IMG/VR virus record: IMGVR_UViG_3300032736_000354
Coordinates: 1 to 55,199 of that record
Length of the DNA: 55,199 nt
Origin: a virus
Taxonomy: Duplodnaviria; Caudoviricetes
Reading direction: 5' to 3' (one strand)
A model generated the notes under the pieces. That model saw only the letters and a list, made by a program, of their open reading frames with translations. It searched no databases and was not told the origin of the DNA. Made by a program: the position numbers and the translations under genes. Positions 48,820 to 55,199 of the stretch are shown here, in pieces. Position 1 is the stretch's first letter. Each line of letters begins with the position of its first letter.

Positions 48820-49326
48820 ATGAGTAAAATATCATTATATACTAATGTTTTTTGTGATGAAGATTATAATAAGATATGGTCGTATTTAACTTCAAATAAC
48901 TGGTCTTTCGGACATGTGAGTAATAGAGGATCATTGAAACGATTTTGGAGTATGGATTTTACAAATGATTCTTTTTTTACAGAACATTTGTTTAATAAAA
49001 TAAAATGTTTAATAGGTAATAACTATATTCTTGAACGAGTATATGCAAACGGTCAAACACATGGATTGGATGGGGAGTTTCATCAAGATTGTTTAGATGA
49101 ATATGGATACACATTTTTATATTATCCCAGTAAAGAGTGGAAACTTGACTGGGGTGGAAGTACAGTAATAGTTGATGGAACAGAACCCAAACTAGTTTAC
49201 CCCTTTCCGAATACCGCAGTTATTTTTCCTGGTAAACTATTTCATTGCGGAAATGCTCCCTCCAGAGAATTCTATGATTTGAGAGTAAGTATAGCGTTTA
49301 AAATTAGACAACTATTGGACACTTGA
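48820..49326 (+). CDS. 2OG-Fe(II) oxygenase
   Basis: RVYANGQT..FHQD, WKLDWGGST, FPG.LFHCG..RVSIAFK. Confidence 0.88.
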   Translation: MSKISLYTNVFCDEDYNKIWSYLTSNNWSFGHVSNRGSLKRFWSMDFTNDSFFTEHLFNKIKCLIGNNYILERVYANGQTHGLDGEFHQDCLDEYGYTFLYYPSKEWKLDWGGSTVIVDGTEPKLVYPFPNTAVIFPGKLFHCGNAPSREFYDLRVSIAFKIRQLLDT

Positions 49327-49331
49327 ACAAC

Positions 49332-49373
49332 TGGCACAGGGGCTTGACGAGCCCCCTTTTTTTGTGGCATACT
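49332..49373 (+). promoter_or_regulatory. Terminator hairpin overlapping an early promoter
   Basis: TGGCACA-GGGGCT-TGACG-AGCCCC-C-T7; TTGACG 49344-49349, CATACT 49368-49373. Confidence 0.7.
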
Positions 49374-49396
49374 ATCTGTATTGAAACCCATTTGCC

Positions 49397-50629
49397 ATGA
49401 AACTTCGCTCTCACCAACAAACTGCTCTGGATGCCCTATCCCTCAATGCTTTTGGGCAAATCATCGTCCCAACTGGCGGCGGCAAAACTCTTGTGATGAT
49501 TCTTGATGCTCTCCGTCGTTTTCGGGAATCTACTACACCACTCACTATTGTTGTGTGTGCTCCTCGTATTCTGTTGGCTGAGCAACTATCTAGTGAGTTT
49601 CTTGAGTATATTGATTGTGCCAACGTACTTCACGTTCATAGTGGCGAAACTCACCACTACAGCAGCACAAAACCAGAAAAAATTTCCCAGTGGAATATGC
49701 TTGTCAAAGATGAGCATCAACTGATCTTTACCACTTACAACTCGCTTCGCCGGGTTAATGAGTCCAACATTCGTGTTGATGTTGCTTACTACGATGAGGC
49801 ACACAATGCTACTAAGAAGAACTTCTTTGTTAGTGTAGCTGAGTGTAATGCCAAGAATTACTACTATTTTACTGCCACACCAAAGCACAAGAAATCTGCT
49901 TTTGATACTGGTATGAATAATAGTATTGTGTTTGGTAATGTTCTTGAAACTGTGCCTGCTCCTGAGCTGATTCAGAATGGTAGCATCCTTCCCCCCACTG
50001 TGGTGATTCATGAAGTTGATTTTGAACGCCAGAAGGGCCTCTCAGCCGCCTCAGACGACGCTCAAACTCTTCTGGACATCATTGACGACCTTGACGAGCA
50101 TACGGGCTCTAAGGTCCTTGTAGCCGCCCCTAACAGCAAGGTACTTTGGGAAGCAATTTCCAAAACTGCCCTACTTGACAATCTTGCAGAAAGGGGGTAT
50201 GATGTTCTTCATATCACCAGTAAGTATGGTGCCTACGTCAACCGCAAGAAAGTTAACCGAGAGCAGTTCTTTGACACTTTCAATGCTTGGGGCAAAGATC
50301 CTGACCGTAAGTTTGTGATTTTTCATTACAGCATTCTTTCCGAAGGTATCAATGTTCATGGTCTGACTCACACGGTTCTTATGAGGAATCTGAATGTGGT
50401 TGAGATGGCACAAACTATCGGTCGTGTCATTCGTCTGAACCATGATGATGCTCAGGATATTGCCACCGGCAAGATTCCTGCTGGCCAATTCAATCTGTAT
50501 CGTAAGCCTACTGGGTTTGTTACTGTTCCCGTCTTCAAGAACTACGGCAAAAAGACACAAGCTCGTCTTGATGATCTTATTCAAACCATATTCGTTGAAG
50601 GTCTTCCCGCTATTTGTGTTACCAAATGA
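49397..50629 (+). CDS. Superfamily 2 (DEAH, ResIII-like) helicase
   Basis: LRSHQQ Q-motif, PTGGGKT, DEAH, TAT, SEGINV, QTIGRVIR. Confidence 0.9.
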   Translation: MKLRSHQQTALDALSLNAFGQIIVPTGGGKTLVMILDALRRFRESTTPLTIVVCAPRILLAEQLSSEFLEYIDCANVLHVHSGETHHYSSTKPEKISQWNMLVKDEHQLIFTTYNSLRRVNESNIRVDVAYYDEAHNATKKNFFVSVAECNAKNYYYFTATPKHKKSAFDTGMNNSIVFGNVLETVPAPELIQNGSILPPTVVIHEVDFERQKGLSAASDDAQTLLDIIDDLDEHTGSKVLVAAPNSKVLWEAISKTALLDNLAERGYDVLHITSKYGAYVNRKKVNREQFFDTFNAWGKDPDRKFVIFHYSILSEGINVHGLTHTVLMRNLNVVEMAQTIGRVIRLNHDDAQDIATGKIPAGQFNLYRKPTGFVTVPVFKNYGKKTQARLDDLIQTIFVEGLPAICVTK

Positions 50630-50683
50630 AAAAATTATTTCTTACTGTGTTAAATACATACGACAGTTCAATGGTATTGAGTG

Positions 50684-50872
50684 ATGTATGAAGAACTTTC
50701 AATTTTTGAGAGAGCACTTGCCCGTTTTGGAGATAGATGTGTAATTCTTTCTTCGTTGGAAATCTCAGGTAAAATTTCTCCTGAAGATGCATACCAACAA
50801 ATTCGTACATATTATAGAGAACTTAAGAGCCTCCGTAAACAAGAAAAATCAGATTGGGACACCCCAAACTAG
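50684..50872 (+). CDS. Small protein resembling a conserved cyanobacterial hypothetical
   Basis: LEISGKISPEDAYQQIR..LK motif. Confidence 0.65.
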   Translation: MYEELSIFERALARFGDRCVILSSLEISGKISPEDAYQQIRTYYRELKSLRKQEKSDWDTPN

Positions 50873-51011
50873 AGTATGCTCTAAGTGTGGACAAGAAAAG
50901 CCTCTTAACAAAGATCATTACCAAGTAGTGAAAGCTTTTAAATTCGGCTTTTCATACTACTGCAATGACTGCTCAGTTGAAATGAGGAAGACAAAGCCAG
51001 CAAATAAATAG
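50787..51011 (+). CDS. Small CxxC..CxxC zinc-ribbon protein (start uncertain)
   Basis: RVCSKCGQEKPL..YYCNDC. Confidence 0.5.
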   Translation: MHTNKFVHIIENLRASVNKKNQIGTPQTRVCSKCGQEKPLNKDHYQVVKAFKFGFSYYCNDCSVEMRKTKPANK

Positions 51012-51024
51012 TAAAAAAGATCAA

Positions 51025-51285
51025 ATGACTTTATATTACTACATTATACTTACCTTACTTGCTGTCATCGGTTACTTGATGGTAGTAGATAGAAACATTA
51101 TCACCTACATTGAACTAAATTTTCAGTTTGCTGTAGTTCAACTCAAACGAGCATGGTTTATCGTTAGGTTTCATCCGATCAACCCGATCCCACGTTGGAC
51201 TCTTAACAGAAGAATTGAGCGAATGACCCGAGAATTGGAAGAAGAGCTTAAGATTGTCCGTAAGCACTTGACAGACGACGAGTAA
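51025..51285 (+). CDS. Hypothetical membrane-anchored protein
   Basis: N-terminal hydrophobic helix; ATAAATA at 51004. Confidence 0.65.
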   Translation: MTLYYYIILTLLAVIGYLMVVDRNIITYIELNFQFAVVQLKRAWFIVRFHPINPIPRWTLNRRIERMTRELEEELKIVRKHLTDDE

Positions 51286-51296
51286 TCCTCTATAAT
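51268..51296 (+). promoter_or_regulatory. Consensus sigma70 early promoter
   Basis: TTGACA 51268-51273, 17 bp, TATAAT 51291-51296. Confidence 0.85.
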
Positions 51297-51318
51297 AAAA
51301 CCATCAGCAAATTTCATT

Positions 51319-51501
51319 ATGACTCAATACGACAAGTTAATGGATGTGATTAAAAATCATTTGTATGCTTACTACCTTAGTGGACAGAAGGATGATGGTT
51401 GGGATGAAGCAGATGCTAAAGAATCTGCTCACATGATTCTCCAAGCAGTTGAAAAATTTCATTCTGTTCCTACTGTAGCACGTTGGAGGGCAAGTGACTG
51501 A
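51319..51501 (+). CDS. Hypothetical protein
   Basis: First ORF after the promoter. Confidence 0.65.
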   Translation: MTQYDKLMDVIKNHLYAYYLSGQKDDGWDEADAKESAHMILQAVEKFHSVPTVARWRASD

Positions 51502-51650
51502 TGAAACATCTTGAAATATTAAAACTTCTTACGGCATTAAGTGATGCTAAAAACATTCTTAATGACATACATGAGTATGATGATTTTGATGTTCTTGAGC
51601 TTTTAGAAATCAAATACGAAAAGTTTTACATTGAAATGTACAAAAACTAA
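51501..51650 (+). CDS. Hypothetical protein, 49 aa (not in ORF track)
   Basis: TGATG coupling; MKHLEILKLLTALSDAKNIL... Confidence 0.6.
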   Translation: MKHLEILKLLTALSDAKNILNDIHEYDDFDVLELLEIKYEKFYIEMYKN

Positions 51651-51660
51651 TTTTTTTATT

Positions 51661-51888
51661 ATGGACATCCGCATTCACGACAAAACTGGTAACTATGTTT
51701 CTATTGAAGATTGTATTCAAGACATGCAAGATACCATTATTACTCTTCGGGCAAACATCGTTCAGCTTGAATATGCTATAAAAACTCAAGCTTCACAAGA
51801 AATTAAAGAAGTTCCTAAATCGGATTACAACAAACTCAAAGAAGAAATCATTGAAGAAGTTAATCTCATCATTACTGATCTACTATGA
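51661..51888 (+). CDS. Hypothetical coiled-coil protein
   Basis: ATG 51661; ATGA coupling to the next ORF. Confidence 0.6.
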   Translation: MDIRIHDKTGNYVSIEDCIQDMQDTIITLRANIVQLEYAIKTQASQEIKEVPKSDYNKLKEEIIEEVNLIITDLL

Positions 51889-52262
51889 CATCCTCTAAAG
51901 CAATATTATCAACAGATAAACAGAAAACTACCTTGAATTGGTGGGAGTATTGGATTGGTCACTGCTGGATGACTGGGTGGCAAAGTATTCGTGGAGCATT
52001 TAGAATCTGGGCTGATCTCATGGGATCAAACTATCACAATTATGCTCTGCCCAGAACAGCAGAAGATCCCGAACAAGAATGCCTTGAATGGTTCTGGGTT
52101 ACTCTTGGTGAAGATGATACATATCCAAGAGAGTTTCTGGAGTATCTACTACAAATGGTGGATGATATTCAAACTGGGAAAGAAGAACTCATCCCTATGG
52201 ATGAAAACTTCATGGAAGAATTAAAAAACTGGTGTGAGGAAAATGATGAAGAACTTACCTGA
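51885..52262 (+). CDS. Hypothetical Trp-rich protein
   Basis: Coupled ORF; WWEYWIGHCWMTGW. Confidence 0.65.
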   Translation: MTSSKAILSTDKQKTTLNWWEYWIGHCWMTGWQSIRGAFRIWADLMGSNYHNYALPRTAEDPEQECLEWFWVTLGEDDTYPREFLEYLLQMVDDIQTGKEELIPMDENFMEELKNWCEENDEELT

Positions 52263-52407
52263 TAAACTACAACTTGATATTATGTGGAGTGTCGCCACTT
52301 CAACCAGTATTGAAACTGGCACACGACCCCACCACATCTTCGCTAAACTGCTGTATGATGAATTGAACAACATAAAACCTATTGTTGGACTTGCCGATGC
52401 CAAATGA
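52243..52407 (+). CDS. Hypothetical protein, 54 aa (not in ORF track)
   Basis: GAGG RBS; MMKNLPDKLQLDIMWSVATSTSIETG.. Confidence 0.6.
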   Translation: MMKNLPDKLQLDIMWSVATSTSIETGTRPHHIFAKLLYDELNNIKPIVGLADAK

Positions 52408-53023
52408 CGATCCTGTATGGGTGAACTTATCACCACAAGAAATAGAAGAACTCCGCAACAAAAAACACGAACTCACTGAATACGGTGAAGAACAACTGAG
52501 GAAACTTATGATGAACCAAGAACCTTATCCCGACGAGATGTTTGAAGAAGCACAACGTCAGGAAGATGAACGTAAAGAACTGATTGAGCAGTTGGAAGTA
52601 AAGAAAAAAGAAAACTTCCAACTGGTTGCTGATGCTTGTATGGAAGAATACACCAAAACTTATGGTGAGATGCCAGAAGATGACAGCTGGATGTTTCTGG
52701 AAGCAGAATACTATGGCACGGGTGAAGGTCAAACTACTTGTTTACAGATGACACAAGCAAATCCTTGGGGTGGTGATAATGGTGATTTTGATAGAACTCT
52801 ACCATACCCAGACGACTACAAACCAATCACATCAAAACAGTATCGTGCTGTGAGAGGGTTTCATAAACTCTTTGGCACTTGGCATCTACATGGTCTTCGT
52901 TTTCACACTCGTGAAGCATTCTTTGATAGATATGCCAATCAATTGCCAGCAACATTAGTAAAACTCAAAGACCAGCAATGTTTCCTTGAGTATCATTCTG
53001 AACTACACTACAACTTTGGTTAA
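52397..53023 (+). CDS. Hypothetical protein
   Basis: About 208-aa ORF in a tightly packed early cluster. Confidence 0.65.
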   Translation: MPNDDPVWVNLSPQEIEELRNKKHELTEYGEEQLRKLMMNQEPYPDEMFEEAQRQEDERKELIEQLEVKKKENFQLVADACMEEYTKTYGEMPEDDSWMFLEAEYYGTGEGQTTCLQMTQANPWGGDNGDFDRTLPYPDDYKPITSKQYRAVRGFHKLFGTWHLHGLRFHTREAFFDRYANQLPATLVKLKDQQCFLEYHSELHYNFG

Positions 53024-53025
53024 TC

Positions 53026-53289
53026 ATGAAAATCAACTTTACTGGTCATTCTGCTACTGAGCGTGAAACAGAGATCACTCAAGAACAAATGGTCCTTCTT
53101 TTTGAGGCGATGAAAGAAGAGTTTATCACTCATATTGAGTTTAGTACATTTGATGGTCGTTCTTATACTGAAGGAGACAAAGGTATCAAAAAACTGTGTC
53201 AAAATCATCAAGTAGATGTTTTTTACAAGAAAGACCGTCTGGCATTCTTTCAAGCAATCATGAATAACATGGAGAATCCTTATGGATAA
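53026..53289 (+). CDS. Hypothetical protein
   Basis: Packed + strand ORF. Confidence 0.65.
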   Translation: MKINFTGHSATERETEITQEQMVLLFEAMKEEFITHIEFSTFDGRSYTEGDKGIKKLCQNHQVDVFYKKDRLAFFQAIMNNMENPYG

Positions 53290-53482
53290 AGAACTTTATG
53301 ACCCAGACGAGTTTCTGCTTGATAACATCAAATCATTTCATTATGAGGTGATGGACGAGGGAGAGCATGTCTGGATGGCATTCTATATGGAAGATGGTCG
53401 CACAGGCCACTTGAATATTTTCCGAAACTGTGGTAAGATAAAGACCCGCTACGAGGAGTGGGATGATGCTGTCAAAAACTGA
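53282..53482 (+). CDS. Hypothetical protein
   Basis: GGAG RBS, overlapping chain. Confidence 0.65.
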   Translation: MDKELYDPDEFLLDNIKSFHYEVMDEGEHVWMAFYMEDGRTGHLNIFRNCGKIKTRYEEWDDAVKN

Positions 53483-53651
53483 TTTGATTCACTACAAGAT
53501 TCAGGCTGCCATGAGAGAAAACATCTTTGATGAAGACCAAATGAAATATCTTGGTGTTCGTGAGGATGGCAAGCATTGGTATCTTGTTGGTGGAGAACAT
53601 GAAGTATCCGCTGATCAATTTGAACATTTTGAGATGAACCATGATGAATGA
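53463..53651 (+). CDS. Hypothetical protein
   Basis: GAGGAG RBS, overlapping chain. Confidence 0.65.
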   Translation: MMLSKTDLIHYKIQAAMRENIFDEDQMKYLGVREDGKHWYLVGGEHEVSADQFEHFEMNHDE

Positions 53652-53943
53652 TTACAAACTTGACCCAGAAGCAAAAGCATTCTCATATACGAGGGAAGAA
53701 TTATTCAATACGATTAAAAGTATTGTGGCACATCCTCACACGGTTGTTACAGACCACGACAAAGCTCGTGCTATGGCAATCTTTCTAACCTTTGCTGATT
53801 ATCTCGGCAACTATACTGAAAGCGACAACAATCACGGTCATTATGTTTACGAATGTGATGCTACTGACTTTGACGGATATGTGATGGAGATTCTTAACTT
53901 AAAAGATTACAGTGAGGTAAATCTACAGGAGATTTTAAAATGA
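53641..53943 (+). CDS. Hypothetical protein
   Basis: Overlapping chain. Confidence 0.65.
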   Translation: MMNDYKLDPEAKAFSYTREELFNTIKSIVAHPHTVVTDHDKARAMAIFLTFADYLGNYTESDNNHGHYVYECDATDFDGYVMEILNLKDYSEVNLQEILK

Positions 53944-54185
53944 ACAGCAATGATTATTATCGTGCCGGGCTACTTGGTGTAGTTATAGGTATGGGATTTC
54001 TTTCTCTGTTTTATGTGTTTTTAATTCCAGTAGAAGATGTAAAACCAGCAGAGGCATTAGAACCCAATGGTACTTTTACTGTTGTGTCGCAGTATAAAGG
54101 ATGCGATGTGGTTCAGTGGCATTATGGTATGCTTGCTGAGTATAAGTATTTCTTAGATTGTACTGATAGTATGAGAAACAAATGA
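53940..54185 (+). CDS. Hypothetical membrane-anchored protein
   Basis: TM helix then FTVVSQYKGCDVVQW..YFLDC. Confidence 0.65.
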   Translation: MNSNDYYRAGLLGVVIGMGFLSLFYVFLIPVEDVKPAEALEPNGTFTVVSQYKGCDVVQWHYGMLAEYKYFLDCTDSMRNK

Positions 54186-54388
54186 CTGACAGAGCACAAA
54201 AACTGATGGATGCTATCTATCAAGAACGAAATACATGGGCAGACACAGAGCAAAAGCTTGTCGCTGCAATTATCCGCCAAACAACGGAATATGTCAAGAC
54301 CACGACAGCACAAAAGATGAATAACTTGACAGTGCTGGACAAAGGTGATATGATGACCCTATCAAAAGAAATTGAGAATTTACCATGA
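54182..54388 (+). CDS. Hypothetical protein
   Basis: ATGA coupling. Confidence 0.6.
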   Translation: MTDRAQKLMDAIYQERNTWADTEQKLVAAIIRQTTEYVKTTTAQKMNNLTVLDKGDMMTLSKEIENLP

Positions 54389-54630
54389 AACTCTTTGATT
54401 ATTTTCACCAGTATGATTACGGACACGAATGGTATTTGAACATAGGTTGTAGTAGATTGTTCAATCTATTTCAATTCAATATGGATTGGAGTTATTATGC
54501 TGGTAGACCAATTCTTCTTATTAATGTTCTTGGAGAAAGTTTTTGTGGATTTACCTTGACTGTTGGTAAGTTCACATTTTCATTTGACTTCCTGGCTTAT
54601 CGTCAACGTGATCTTGATTGGTATCGGTAA
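54385..54630 (+). CDS. Hypothetical aromatic-rich protein
   Basis: ATGA coupling. Confidence 0.6.
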   Translation: MKLFDYFHQYDYGHEWYLNIGCSRLFNLFQFNMDWSYYAGRPILLINVLGESFCGFTLTVGKFTFSFDFLAYRQRDLDWYR

Positions 54631-54986
54631 TGGACTTTCCAGTGTTCTTAAATAAGTGGATCATCGGATTAAAACCGATTAAATATACTTCATTCTGGTG
54701 GTGGTATCGCTTGATGTCTCACGAAGGCTTCCGATTTGATGATTACCATGTGTGGGGAGAGTTTTGGCACTCCTTGAATCATGGTTGGGAACATATTCAA
54801 TATGTGAATGAATTTGAGAAGTATTGGGGCAAAGGTTCTTATCCTCCAGAAACGATTATCCTATCACAAAGAGATTTTGATTCCCTCGTAGATAAATTAA
54901 ATGAACCACCAGATCCCAAAGCAATTGAAAGATTAACTGAAATTTTACGAAAGCCAGCGCCGTGGGATGATGACTATCATAATTAA
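54630..54986 (+). CDS. Hypothetical protein with a DUF1778 (TacA/AtaR)-like C-terminus
   Basis: TAATG coupling; IILSQRDFDSLVDKLNEPPDPKAIERLTEILRKPAPW. Confidence 0.6.
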   Translation: MDFPVFLNKWIIGLKPIKYTSFWWWYRLMSHEGFRFDDYHVWGEFWHSLNHGWEHIQYVNEFEKYWGKGSYPPETIILSQRDFDSLVDKLNEPPDPKAIERLTEILRKPAPWDDDYHN

Positions 54987-54997
54987 TACTTATCAAT

Positions 54998-55032
54998 GAC
55001 CTCTTGACAACTACGTTGAGGGGTCTTATACT
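54998..55032 (+). promoter_or_regulatory. Early promoter within a hairpin
   Basis: GACCTCT..AGGGGTC stem; TTGACA 55004-55009, TATACT 55027-55032 (17 bp). Confidence 0.7.
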
Positions 55033-55053
55033 ATGAACAATTCAAACAAAATC

Positions 55054-55199
55054 ATGAATTACAACTTCCCCGAGATCAAAACCATTCAGGATGTTCTGCC
55101 TCATATTGAGGGTAGAGATGAGTTCCGGATAATGGATAAGGACTGGTATACCGTCATCAATTATATGGTGTCGCTTGAGAATACCTTCCTATGGGATGA
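55054..55199 (+). CDS. Probable T4 Rnl1-like RNA ligase, N-terminal fragment (runs off window)
   Basis: MNYNFPEIKTIQDVLPHIEGRDEFRIMDKDWYTVINYMV.. resembles cyanophage RNA ligase N-termini (from recall); catalytic motifs lie outside the window. Confidence 0.5.
   Translation, partial: MNYNFPEIKTIQDVLPHIEGRDEFRIMDKDWYTVINYMVSLENTFLWD

Overview
A 55 kb segment of a large T4-like cyanophage genome (cyanomyovirus, Kyanoviridae-type; host probably Synechococcus/Cyanobium, inferred from hli, cpeT, phoH and a cyanobacterial Som-type porin). Order: host-derived cassette (porin, DUF401-like membrane protein, hli); repetitive fibre protein; T4-core replication/metabolism block (nrdC, rnh, speD, thyX, phoH, exonuclease, gp33, gp32); tail/baseplate block (gp53, gp48, gp2, gp4, tail-tube-like, gp26, gp51, two paralogous tape-measure-like peptidoglycan-hydrolase proteins, hub, gp5); a 9-tRNA array with cpeT and several non-tRNA structured elements; a 3285-aa virion protein, three tail-collar genes and three 2OG-Fe(II) oxygenases; then an early region (SF2 helicase, many small ORFs, start of a probable RNA ligase). 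Main observations: a -1 slippery site joining gp26 and gp51 just upstream of the tape-measure-like genes; a 67-aa module shared by gp2 and a tape-measure-like protein; non-canonical tRNAs and tRNA-like RNAs; a duplicated 70-bp A-tract element; hairpins enclosing -35 boxes; possible homing-endonuclease relics; and an antitoxin-like peptide. All calls come from manual reading and motif recall; no database search or folding program was run.
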